Shown piece by piece: positions 8,460 to 17,685 of a stretch of 64,000 bases of DNA (its first letter is position 1; every line of letters begins with the position of its first letter). The notes beneath the pieces are model-generated. The model was not told the origin of the DNA. It saw nothing but the letters and a program-made list of their open reading frames with translations, and did no database searches. The DNA is from an uncultured archaeon (GTDB lineage: Archaea > Asgardarchaeota > Heimdallarchaeia > Heimdallarchaeales > Kariarchaeaceae). Both the position numbers and the translations under genes were made by a program. The stretch is taken from assembly GCA_964645535.1 (NCBI GenBank), contig CAZYCQ010000003.1, positions 1 to 64,000 of the forward strand. The letters run 5' to 3'.

Positions 8460-10151
8460 TTAATCTTCTAACAAAGGAGTTAGTGAAACTTGGAAATCAC
8501 CGCCTTTATATCGATCCGCAAGCTCGTCAATCTGTTCTAAATTCTGTCCCGCATTGGAGACCTCTCGGTACAAATGGTCAATGAAATGTGCGGTTCTTTC
8601 CTCGCCGACTGTTTCAAAGATGCTATCGAGAGATTCAACCATTCTTCGATAAGCGGTAAGATGTCGATGCCGTACATAGGAATACCCCCTGATTTTTCCC
8701 AAATAATGGGCATGGGCATATCCTACTACAGCAGAACGATTTGTCCATTTCATTTGGTTTTCGTGCACGAAAGATATCAAGTTCATTTCCCTATGAAATC
8801 GGATCATCCAAGGTCTGAATCGTTTCAATTTACTAAGAAACCAGAAGGTCATGAACCCGAAAAATCCTGTTGGACGGGTGTTAAGACGGAATCCCCTAAA
8901 CATATTCCTTTGGTAAATACTATATAGAAATCGAGGGGTCTTTCCATAGAGGAATTTAGGTACAGGAACCATCCCAATGATTTCCTCGACTGTAGGTTGG
9001 AGTTTTTTCTCCATTATGTAGACCCTTCCTTCACTGTCAATTGGGTTGAGATGATCCCTTATCGCATATTCCGCAACCCTTACGGGGCCATCCCATTGCA
9101 TTAGGCGACCCGCCACATTTCTGGAGTATTCTTCCAAAATTTCAGGATGCTGTTTTGTATTGTTTAACTGCCAAAGATCTGAGAGTAATGAAATGTATCG
9201 TTCTGCATGCTTTTCGTTCTGAAAATCGGTCAATTGCCCGTAGGCTTCAACAATATACCTGTTTGCGGGTTCAGGGAAATGTTGAACTAATTCTTGTAAT
9301 CTCGACCGGATTCGATTTGCAGCTTTTTTCTTTCCCCACCTTTTGAATGCCGTAGCGGTATTGACAGATCTTTCAATTAGCTCATCAATAGTAAGGTCGT
9401 CCCAACCAACCGCATTTTCCGAATCCTTGTATCGACCCTCAAGGTAGAATTGTTCACCAAGAAGAAAGGCTTCTTTGTTTTTTTCGAAAACTTTTCCGGA
9501 GAATCTTCGTTCCAATGCCATAATGTAAGATTCTTTCGAAATTGGCAGTGCATTGCTTGCAGAGATTATTCCTAACATGAATGTATTTATCATTCTTGGG
9601 TCAAGAGAATGCTGTCGAATGATGTTTTTCCCTTTAAATCCGATATAGGAACCTTTTTTCATGTAGCTTTTTGCTGCTTGCAATTGATCTTCTTCAGTAA
9701 ATTTTGGGATGAAACCGGGAAGTTTTTCAGGAGGCATGATATGGCGTTCTTCATTGACAAGAGCTAATCCCCCTTCTTTTACCAGAGGCAGGAATTTCAT
9801 CAATTCATTGAGTTCTTGACCTATGACTAAATCACAAGATCCTCTATGAGGCATCTCTGTAAGGATGATTTGGTCAGGCAATTCGTCATCTGTCAAGGTA
9901 GGATCCACAAAGGTAACTGAAGTGATAGTGGATCCACTTCTCTGTGCCAACCCGGGGATCATTCCTCTCGTTTCATAAGTATGCTTTTTTGCCTTTATCG
10001 GTGCATTCCGTTCCCGTTCATATTTGACAGCATAAAAAATTATTTCAGATATTGCACCTCCACCTTGCCCACCAACTGCACCAACTGCCACTCTGTAAAT
10101 TCTCGGAAGCTCTTTTTCCGGAAGCGGTTCCAGTTGAAACTGATTTTCCAT
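8460..10151 (-). CDS. Indolepyruvate:ferredoxin oxidoreductase beta-subunit-like protein, long form with C-terminal extension
   Basis: VAVGAVGGQGG, PGLAQRSGS, CDLVIGQE, INTFMLG, NKEAFLLG (IorB/gamma fold), followed by LTDFQNEKHAERY and GKIRGYSYVR, seen in extended IorB-type proteins. Confidence 0.75.
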   Translation of the reverse strand: MENQFQLEPLPEKELPRIYRVAVGAVGGQGGGAISEIIFYAVKYERERNAPIKAKKHTYETRGMIPGLAQRSGSTITSVTFVDPTLTDDELPDQIILTEMPHRGSCDLVIGQELNELMKFLPLVKEGGLALVNEERHIMPPEKLPGFIPKFTEEDQLQAAKSYMKKGSYIGFKGKNIIRQHSLDPRMINTFMLGIISASNALPISKESYIMALERRFSGKVFEKNKEAFLLGEQFYLEGRYKDSENAVGWDDLTIDELIERSVNTATAFKRWGKKKAANRIRSRLQELVQHFPEPANRYIVEAYGQLTDFQNEKHAERYISLLSDLWQLNNTKQHPEILEEYSRNVAGRLMQWDGPVRVAEYAIRDHLNPIDSEGRVYIMEKKLQPTVEEIIGMVPVPKFLYGKTPRFLYSIYQRNMFRGFRLNTRPTGFFGFMTFWFLSKLKRFRPWMIRFHREMNLISFVHENQMKWTNRSAVVGYAHAHYLGKIRGYSYVRHRHLTAYRRMVESLDSIFETVGEERTAHFIDHLYREVSNAGQNLEQIDELADRYKGGDFQVSLTPLLED

Positions 10152-10286
10152 ATAGTTTTTCAGTTTTTGGAGGGAATAAAAATTTTTGTAGAAGAGATGT
10201 TCTCAGTTGACTGCCGCTCCCCTTTTTCTCTGAACTATTTCGATTCGTTTAAATTGTCAAAATATGAATACGCTTTGTAGATAACT

Positions 10287-10670
10287 ATGGCAAGATACAC
10301 AGGACCTAGCAAGAGAAAAATCAGTGGTGGATTGAGGAAAAAATCAATGGGCAAAAAACAGAAGTTCCTTGCCAGACCACCAGCAGAAACACATATTGGC
10401 GAACCTAGAAAGAAAAAAGTCAGGACGCTTGGAGGGAATTTCAAGATCAAAAACCTCAGAGCCAACCGAATCAATGTATTGGACAAAAATTCCAACAAAA
10501 CCAAGAATGTAGAAATTAAAGGGTTAGACCTCAATCCTGCATCTAGGGATTTCACAAGAAGAAAAATCATCACCAAGGGTGCTATTGTCATTACAGAGCT
10601 GGGAAAGGTTAGAGTTACCAGCCGTCCAGGCAACGACAGTGTTATTAACGGCGTCCTCATCAATGAATGA
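10287..10670 (+). CDS. rps8e: 30S ribosomal protein eS8
   Basis: SKRKISGG, RTLGGN, ITKGAIVITELGKVRVTSRPGNDSVINGVL. Confidence 0.97.
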   Translation: MARYTGPSKRKISGGLRKKSMGKKQKFLARPPAETHIGEPRKKKVRTLGGNFKIKNLRANRINVLDKNSNKTKNVEIKGLDLNPASRDFTRRKIITKGAIVITELGKVRVTSRPGNDSVINGVLINE

Positions 10671-11089
10671 ACTATAGGAATTCTGGGAAAATGCTAAGAC
10701 GACGGAGATATTACGTGATTTATCCGGAATACTTCGATAAGAATAGATCACGAAATCGAGGACGGAGAGTTCCTCTTTCACTTGCAGTAGAGGATCCTGA
10801 ACTTCCCAGAATCGCCAAGGCATGTCAACTTCTTGGATTTGAATATGAAAAGCAATTGGACAAAGCATATCCATCCAACTGGTGGAATCGGAAAGGTCGC
10901 ATCCTAATCAAGATAGATAAGAAGAATAAGGTTCCTAAAGAAAAAATCCTGAAAGAAATTGCACAGAAAGCCAAAAAATTGGTACCAAAGAAAAAACTTC
11001 AGCCACAGCAAAAAAGGGACAAGGACGGCAAATTGCAACCCAAGAAAACTGCATCTGCAAAAGCACGACGCAAGAAAAAAAGAACGTGA
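10667..11089 (+). CDS. srp19: Signal recognition particle protein SRP19
   Basis: VIYPEYFDKNRSRNRGRRVPLSLAVEDP and KAYPSNWW...GRILI; ATGA overlap with rps8e; conserved archaeal gene order. Confidence 0.95.
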   Translation: MNYRNSGKMLRRRRYYVIYPEYFDKNRSRNRGRRVPLSLAVEDPELPRIAKACQLLGFEYEKQLDKAYPSNWWNRKGRILIKIDKKNKVPKEKILKEIAQKAKKLVPKKKLQPQQKRDKDGKLQPKKTASAKARRKKKRT

Positions 11090-11400
11090 CAAACATGAAT
11101 AGTGAAAGACCCCTTAAATTCAAGGTAAGGAAACTTGGAATTCCTTCACATTTTGTTGAGGGTCAACTTATCGTCAGGAATCCAAACTTTGTTCCTAAAA
11201 AAGGGGCAAAAGTGGTTCTGAAGGGGGAAAAAGGTCAGATACTCATTGGAATTACCGACCATCCCTTTGGACGAGTGGATGCTCCATATATTCCAGTTAA
11301 TGTTATCGAAGGGATAGATAAAGCACTACTGGAGAAAGCAATGAAAAAGAATCTATTTGCAGAAAAGTTTGTGAAGTTTAAACCAAAACGTAGAAAATAA
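11086..11400 (+). CDS. gar1: H/ACA RNP protein Gar1
   Basis: PKKGAKV...IGITDHPFGRVDAPYIPV matches the Gar1 IGxVxDIFGPVxxPY signature; GTGA overlap with srp19; canonical rps8e-srp19-gar1 order. Confidence 0.82.
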   Translation: MTNMNSERPLKFKVRKLGIPSHFVEGQLIVRNPNFVPKKGAKVVLKGEKGQILIGITDHPFGRVDAPYIPVNVIEGIDKALLEKAMKKNLFAEKFVKFKPKRRK

Positions 11401-11448
11401 CATAATCTGATCAAGAAAATATATAACCAGTGGATCGAATTTGCCTCG

Positions 11449-12492
11449 ATGCAGGGAAAAATGTTTGCCGCGTTATTCCATGAGCATGGAGATGCTTCAA
11501 AGATCAAGTATGAGGAAGTTCCTATTCCCCAAATTTCCGATGATGAAGTATTGGTAAGAGTGGAATATTGCAGTCTTAATAGACTGGATATATTTGTCAG
11601 AAATGGTTCACCTTCTTTGAATATTCCATTGCCCCATGTTAGTGGTTCGGATTTTGTAGGAACCATTGCGGAAATTGGGGAAAAAGTAACGGGATACGAC
11701 ATCGGAGATAGAGTTGCAGTAAATGCGGTTTGGTTCTGCAATAAATGTGAACGCTGTCTAGAAGGAGAGCATAGTTTGTGTAATTCCTTCAAGATGATCG
11801 GGGAACACCTATGGGGAGGATTTGCACAGTACGCGAAGGTGCCTGCAAGAAATCTAGTGAAGATACCAGAAAACGTCGATTCAAAAGCTGTTGCAGCACT
11901 AGGTTTAACAACATTAACCGCATGGCGAATGCTCAAAAGAGCTGAGATACAGCCAGGTAGCATTGTGGTTGTGCCTGGGGCGGGGGGAGGCTTGTCTACA
12001 GCAGGGATACAGATTGCAAAACATTTTGGAGCAAAAGTTATTGCATTGACCAGTACAGAGAAAAAAATAGAACATGCCAAACGTTTGGGGGCAGATATTG
12101 TACTTAATTACAAGGAAGAAGAGAAATGGGGAAAGAAAATATTGGAATTGACAAAGGGAAGAGGTGCAGATATTGTTTTTGAATCTGTAGGGCAAGCAAC
12201 TTGGCAGAATAGTCTGAGATGTCTTAGGAAAGGGGGAACTTTGGTAACTGCGGGAGCTACAACTGGTTTTCAAGGAATGACAAATATCGGAGCAGTATTC
12301 TGGTTGCAACTGAGAATAATCGGATCGACCATGGCAAATATGAAGGAGTTCAGGGAAGCAATGGAACTCATTTTCTCTGGAAAAATTAAGCCGGTCATTG
12401 ACAAAGTTTTTCCCTTGAACAAATTGGCAGATGCAGAACGTTATCTTGAGGATGGAATGCACACAGGAAAGATTCTTATAGAAATTCCATAG
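11449..12492 (+). CDS. Zn-binding medium-chain dehydrogenase/reductase (quinone oxidoreductase-like)
   Basis: SLNRLD, PHVSGSD, structural Zn CNKCERC..C, GAGGG nucleotide motif, HTGKILI. Confidence 0.9.
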   Translation: MQGKMFAALFHEHGDASKIKYEEVPIPQISDDEVLVRVEYCSLNRLDIFVRNGSPSLNIPLPHVSGSDFVGTIAEIGEKVTGYDIGDRVAVNAVWFCNKCERCLEGEHSLCNSFKMIGEHLWGGFAQYAKVPARNLVKIPENVDSKAVAALGLTTLTAWRMLKRAEIQPGSIVVVPGAGGGLSTAGIQIAKHFGAKVIALTSTEKKIEHAKRLGADIVLNYKEEEKWGKKILELTKGRGADIVFESVGQATWQNSLRCLRKGGTLVTAGATTGFQGMTNIGAVFWLQLRIIGSTMANMKEFREAMELIFSGKIKPVIDKVFPLNKLADAERYLEDGMHTGKILIEIP

Positions 12493-12544
12493 TCCTCCAA
12501 CACCCCACGGATAGATATTAAAGTGCAAAAGCTATGAAAAAGTT

Positions 12545-13372
12545 GTGGCGGTTCCATTCCTCGTGGGTCTTCGAGCAAAAGAAATCGAACCAGATAGAAC
12601 AATCTTCGAAGTAGAATACCTAGTACATAAGGATCATTTAGGGATCGAACTTCTTGGTGAAGGTCCAGAATTATCCATGGAACCCGAAAGCTCACTTCTG
12701 ATGGAACCGACAGAAGAAAGAATTCAAGATATGATCTTTTACCGAGCAAATTTGTCAGTAGAAGATGAAACGAAATTTTTGGGGAGGGCATTTGATTCCT
12801 TAGGAGAATCCTTCTATGAACCAGGAGAGTACCATGTTGTTAGAAGGAGACCTAACGGTGCGCTTGAATTAGTAGCACCACCAGAGTACATAAAATCAAT
12901 TGAATATGAACCCGCCATCCCTCTAGATTGGAATCCTGACATTGACAAGATCTCAAGGCAAATGCTGAAAATAAAAAAAATCACCAATTTCCCTCAATTC
13001 TGCATTGATCTGATCACATATGTCCATCATTGGATGTATCATCCACAGGTTTTGACTTTGCGTCTTGATGTCCTCATTAGACTGCTGACTGAAGAATTAC
13101 GAAAACTTGACAGCCATTCTGTTGATGAAATCATGAGACCTGTTGCAGTTATCTGTTACAAGATCCTTGAGGATATTCGAACCTTCGACAAAACGCAAGA
13201 TGAAACCTTACTTCGCCATCAATTTGAAAAATCAGAATACAGGGGTATTTTAAAGAAAAAATTGGAGGAACTAAAAGAAAACCCAATAATTAATCCGTTG
13301 GCCTCTTCTGAAGGGTTTTCCTTTGAGCAGGATTCCATCAATCGATTGAAATCATTGCTTTCTTACCTTTAA
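12545..13372 (+). CDS. Hypothetical protein (275 aa)
   Basis: Long ORF with normal composition filling the gap between genes; no motif recognised; GTG start uncertain. Confidence 0.65.
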   Translation: MAVPFLVGLRAKEIEPDRTIFEVEYLVHKDHLGIELLGEGPELSMEPESSLLMEPTEERIQDMIFYRANLSVEDETKFLGRAFDSLGESFYEPGEYHVVRRRPNGALELVAPPEYIKSIEYEPAIPLDWNPDIDKISRQMLKIKKITNFPQFCIDLITYVHHWMYHPQVLTLRLDVLIRLLTEELRKLDSHSVDEIMRPVAVICYKILEDIRTFDKTQDETLLRHQFEKSEYRGILKKKLEELKENPIINPLASSEGFSFEQDSINRLKSLLSYL

Positions 13373-14007
13373 TCCCCGATTATTTCCCATGCAAGAAGGG
13401 TTCCAAGAGTAGCAAGATCCCCCCATTTTCCTCCTATTTTTTCTGCCATCTTTATCGACGGGACATCCTTTAGATTATACATCCTCTTTATTCCTTTACG
13501 GACAACAAGGTCATGAGTTGCAAGAATATCCAACCGGTTCAAATTGAAAATCAGGAACATGTCCACTGTCCAAGGACCAATTCCTCGAACCTTGGTGTAA
13601 ATTTTCCGAATTTGATCTGAGCTATATGCTTCAAAATTCTCTATGTTTTTTTTCTCTTGGTGAAACAATGCAATGTTCTTCAGATATTCAGTTTTACTCT
13701 TGGAAATCCCGATGGATCGAAATTCTTGATCAGGTATTTCAAGAACTTTGGTTGGTGTAAGCTCCTTGCACAAAGTTCTGAACCTGTTGATCAAAAGGTC
13801 TGCAACCCTTCCATTCAATTGTTGAGAGATGATCCAATAGATCCAACTTTCAAAGTAATCCAATTTCAAAGGACGAAGTTCTAAATTATGTTTTTCTAGA
13901 AAAGGTTGGAGTTCAGGATTTCTTTTTTTGAATTCCTCAATTAAATCGTTTGTAATTACATTTTCCCCTTCTTGTAAGAGATAGAATTTTTCAATTTCCT
14001 GAGCCAT
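13369..14007 (-). CDS. alkA: DNA-3-methyladenine glycosylase II (AlkA, HhH-GPD family)
   Basis: IISQQL, GISKSKTEYL, HhH motif VRGIGPWTVDMFLIF, catalytic Asp in ATHDLVVRKG. Confidence 0.9.
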   Translation of the reverse strand: MAQEIEKFYLLQEGENVITNDLIEEFKKRNPELQPFLEKHNLELRPLKLDYFESWIYWIISQQLNGRVADLLINRFRTLCKELTPTKVLEIPDQEFRSIGISKSKTEYLKNIALFHQEKKNIENFEAYSSDQIRKIYTKVRGIGPWTVDMFLIFNLNRLDILATHDLVVRKGIKRMYNLKDVPSIKMAEKIGGKWGDLATLGTLLAWEIIGD

Positions 14008-14122
14008 GTTGTTCTGATTTGGACGTGGACAATAAAACCTTCTTCTTTCATGACATAAGTTTACTTTTTGTCCAATAGAAAAAAACTTTCAATATAACCC
14101 TGTTTTTCGATCAATTGGACAA

Positions 14123-14884
14123 TTAGGGTGAAAAGGTTGTTAACAATCTTATTTGCTGCGCATCAAACTGTTTTATATCGCCGATACTTAATTCTGTCAC
14201 AACTCTTCCGGTGAAACCGTTCAGTGAACCGACGATAGGAACCAATCTTTGGATGTCTATAGTTGTTTGTGGATCCAATTTTACAGCTATCTTCTCCTGT
14301 ATACTGTCAAAGAAGACTTTCCGGGCCTTGAGATGACATTCAAGATCAAGAATGCAATCTCTTCCAACCCATTTTTTGGGGTCAAATTCAACGACCCAGA
14401 TGTGGATTGATTTGTTGCCAGTAAAGATAAAACGCTTTTTTTCTTCCTGCAAAAGATCATTGCATTTAAGTGCCACCGATATTGATTCTTCCAATGACGT
14501 ATCACTTTCCAATACTGCCATTCCATTTCCAATCATAATTTGACGGAAATCTGTTTTCTTTCCCATTGATCTTGGATCCAACCAACGTGTGGAAGATTGG
14601 AATAATCGGATGGGGTAATATCCCTTCTCAATCCCTTTTGGGATCAGAAATTGTAATTTCCCATGATCAAAGATCCTTTTATTGAAAAGGTTGTGAAGTG
14701 ATCGCCAATAAAAAGTATCTCTATTTGCATCATAAAAAAATCCTTTAAGAGAACGAAACTTGAAATCCATTTTTGGGTCAGGATGAAAATACTTCCGATA
14801 GAATTTTCGAATTGTCTCAAAATCTTCCTCTCCTAGGCTTTTGATCCCTCTTTTGACCCAAGGTGAGGTGATTTTCATATGCAT
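14123..14884 (-). CDS. Divergent archaeo-eukaryotic primase (PriS-like) domain protein
   Basis: LFQSSTRWLDP resembles PriS YxSxAxYxxP; AVLESD resembles motif I (LVFDID); FTGNKSIHIW is motif II; LDPQTTIDIQRLVPIVGSLNGFTG resembles motif III (DxxVTxDxxRLxRxPGSLHGxTG). Confidence 0.72.
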   Translation of the reverse strand: MHMKITSPWVKRGIKSLGEEDFETIRKFYRKYFHPDPKMDFKFRSLKGFFYDANRDTFYWRSLHNLFNKRIFDHGKLQFLIPKGIEKGYYPIRLFQSSTRWLDPRSMGKKTDFRQIMIGNGMAVLESDTSLEESISVALKCNDLLQEEKKRFIFTGNKSIHIWVVEFDPKKWVGRDCILDLECHLKARKVFFDSIQEKIAVKLDPQTTIDIQRLVPIVGSLNGFTGRVVTELSIGDIKQFDAQQIRLLTTFSP

Positions 14885-14981
14885 ATCGATAATTTTCCAA
14901 GGTTAAAATGCCTTGTATCGGGCTTGTTTTTTAGTGTATGAATTGAATAATTTTTTATTGATCGATACCCTCAAACCAAGT

Positions 14982-15359
14982 ATGACTTATCCAAAGGAAG
15001 ATTTCAAAAAGTTCTTCCTCCCCGTCTATCTTGTTTGGGGGATTGTAAATCCAATCCTCTTGATGATCCCGAAATCCTTCTATGGACTGTTTGTTGCCTT
15101 TTCTTGGAATGGTCTGCTTCGTTTTGTCTCCTTCTACATGATTTTTGGCGGGATATGGCCCCTGACCATAATTGTATACCCTGCATTTCTCAGCTCTCCC
15201 GAAATCACTTCTGATCCATTTTACCTAACAGTGACCTATATTGCTCTTGTAGGTCCTATTCTTACCTTTATTCTTCAGCTAATTCGCCATAAAAAATTCG
15301 TTGAGGAAAGAAAAGGCGAACCAATCACATTTTCAGATTATCTGTGGGATTTCATCTAG
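14982..15359 (+). CDS. Small integral membrane protein (about 3-4 TM)
   Basis: Hydrophobic segments throughout with a charged C-terminal tail; ATG at 14982 preferred over the TTG at 14913. Confidence 0.65.
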   Translation: MTYPKEDFKKFFLPVYLVWGIVNPILLMIPKSFYGLFVAFSWNGLLRFVSFYMIFGGIWPLTIIVYPAFLSSPEITSDPFYLTVTYIALVGPILTFILQLIRHKKFVEERKGEPITFSDYLWDFI

Positions 15360-15474
15360 TTCGAAGGATAAATCAAATTCTACCGTTACACTCCCTAATT
15401 GTTATAATCACTTGTGTGAAACACGAATTAGTTCAACCAATTAGTGCATTCATTAATGCAGTGGTGATAAAACT

Positions 15475-17685
15475 ATGGCAGAAAATGTTGAATATTCACT
15501 TCTTATATTGCCAGTTATTGTAACCTTAGGTTCTCTTATTTTTGCCTTCTTCTTGAGAAAGCAAATTTTGGAGAGAGATCGTGGTTCAGAGAAGATGGTG
15601 AAGGTTTCGGACGCAATCAAGACAGGATCATACGCTTTCCTGAAAACCCAGTACTCCACAATCGCCATCTTTGGAGGCCTGCTTGCCTTGTTGATTATGG
15701 TATTTCTTGATTTCTTCCCAGAAGGCGAGTTCAAGGTACAATTCCCATACAACGCATTGGCATTCCTTGTAGGAACCATAGCATCCCTCCTTTCAGGAGG
15801 AACCGCCATGATAATGGCTGCGGACACCAATTCACGAACCACACAGGCTGCTAAGGAAAGCAGAGATGCTGCCCTGAAAACAGCATATACGGGTGGTCTT
15901 GTGATGGGATTGATTATTGTTTCTGCAAGCATCTTGGGTATTACAATTTTGTATATACTGTACGGTCAATCCAATCCAATTTCCGTTATTGCATTTGGGT
16001 TCGGAGCTTCCTTTGCAGCCTTATTTGCCCAATTGGGAGGAGGCATTTATACAAAGGCGGCTGATGTCGGTGCCGATTTGGTCGGAAAAATCGAAGCAGG
16101 AATTCCAGAAGATGACATTCGTAATCCGGGCGTTATTGCCGATAACGTGGGTGATGCAGTAGGAGATTGCGCAGGAAGAGGTGCAGATCTGTTTGAATCG
16201 GTCACTGGAGAAACGATTGGAGGAATGATCGTAGGATACACGTTCTTTGTGGCTATGATCAATTCAGGAAATTCAGAAGCAGCAGGTTATGCTTCTGCTT
16301 TCATTCTGTTCCCCTTATTAACCAATTCACTCACAATTGTGGGAACTCTGCTTTCGACCTATTTTGTCAGACTCAAGGACGATAAAAAGGATAATCCAAT
16401 GTCTGCCATGAAGGGTGCATTTAATATTACTTCTGTGCTCAATTTCATCATTATCGCAATCATTTTGACTATTCTTTTCGGACAAATCTGGCAATTTATT
16501 GCAGCAGCAGCAGTAGGGATACTTTTGGCACTCGTCACCCTTGTGAGTACGGAATATTATACATCAGATATTAAAAGACCTGTTCTTTCCATTGCAGATG
16601 CATCTACTACAGGTCCTGCAACAAACATCATAGCGGGTCTTTCAGTAGGTATGGAATCTACATGGGCACCTGTGGTCGGAATTGTGATTGCACTCATTGC
16701 AACATTCACACTTGGTGCAAACTTTGCGGAAAACACAACCCATCCCATAGTTCAAGCCATGAGTCAGCACTATGACCCTAGCGGTTCAAATCCGACACTC
16801 ATTAAGACAGTCTTCGGAATCTTTGGAATTACCGTAGGTACAATGGCTATGCTTTCAGTTACGCCAATTGTTCTAGCATTGGATGGTTATGGACCAATTG
16901 CTGATCAAGCTGGAGGAATTGCCGAAATGGGCGAAGCGGGTGAAGAGATTCGTGAAAGGATCGATTCACTGGATGCAGTAGGCAATACAACAAAAGCATT
17001 GGCAAAAGGATATGGTATGACTTCGGCGGGCTTGGCAGCACTGCTTCTCTTCCAAGCTTATCTGGAAGATTTTGCCAATCGAACTGAAGGGGCATTGAGG
17101 AATATTCCTGAAGTCAATCTTGCAAGTCCTGGCGTTTTGGCGGGAGTGTTTATTGGTGCTATGCTCCCATTCCTCTTCTCATCCATGTCCATGGGAGCTG
17201 TCGGAAGAGCCGCCAACAAAATGGTCACCGAGATTAGGAGACAGTTCAAAGAGATTCCTGGGATCATGGAATATGAAAATGAACCAGATTATGCTGCCTG
17301 CATTGATGTCTCAACCAAAGCTGCATTAAAAGAAATGAGGAATCCTGCATTACTCGTCGTTCTGATGACAGTTATTGTCGGTTTTCTGTTTGGACCGATT
17401 TCATTGGCAGGATACCTTGTCGGAGCAACAGCCTCAGGAATTATGCTCGGATTGACATTAAACAATGGTGGTGGAGCTTGGGACAATGCAAAGAAAGCAA
17501 TTGAAGCAGGGCTTCATGGAGGTAAGGGAAGTGAAGCACATCATGCAGCAGTCGTAGGAGATACCGTTGGTGATCCTTCGAAAGACACCTCTGGACCTGC
17601 AATCCATGTTCTCATCAAGTTGATCAATACTATTGCTCTTACATTGCTACCTCTCTTTATCGCAGTAAACGGATTGGTGCTCTAA
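15475..17685 (+). CDS. hppA: Membrane-bound proton-translocating pyrophosphatase, K+-independent type
   Basis: GGGIYTKAADVGADLVGKIE, EDDIRNP, DNVGD, DGYGPIAD, GNTTKA, GGAWDNAKK, GDTVGDPSKDTSGP; many TM helices. Confidence 0.96.
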   Translation: MAENVEYSLLILPVIVTLGSLIFAFFLRKQILERDRGSEKMVKVSDAIKTGSYAFLKTQYSTIAIFGGLLALLIMVFLDFFPEGEFKVQFPYNALAFLVGTIASLLSGGTAMIMAADTNSRTTQAAKESRDAALKTAYTGGLVMGLIIVSASILGITILYILYGQSNPISVIAFGFGASFAALFAQLGGGIYTKAADVGADLVGKIEAGIPEDDIRNPGVIADNVGDAVGDCAGRGADLFESVTGETIGGMIVGYTFFVAMINSGNSEAAGYASAFILFPLLTNSLTIVGTLLSTYFVRLKDDKKDNPMSAMKGAFNITSVLNFIIIAIILTILFGQIWQFIAAAAVGILLALVTLVSTEYYTSDIKRPVLSIADASTTGPATNIIAGLSVGMESTWAPVVGIVIALIATFTLGANFAENTTHPIVQAMSQHYDPSGSNPTLIKTVFGIFGITVGTMAMLSVTPIVLALDGYGPIADQAGGIAEMGEAGEEIRERIDSLDAVGNTTKALAKGYGMTSAGLAALLLFQAYLEDFANRTEGALRNIPEVNLASPGVLAGVFIGAMLPFLFSSMSMGAVGRAANKMVTEIRRQFKEIPGIMEYENEPDYAACIDVSTKAALKEMRNPALLVVLMTVIVGFLFGPISLAGYLVGATASGIMLGLTLNNGGGAWDNAKKAIEAGLHGGKGSEAHHAAVVGDTVGDPSKDTSGPAIHVLIKLINTIALTLLPLFIAVNGLVL

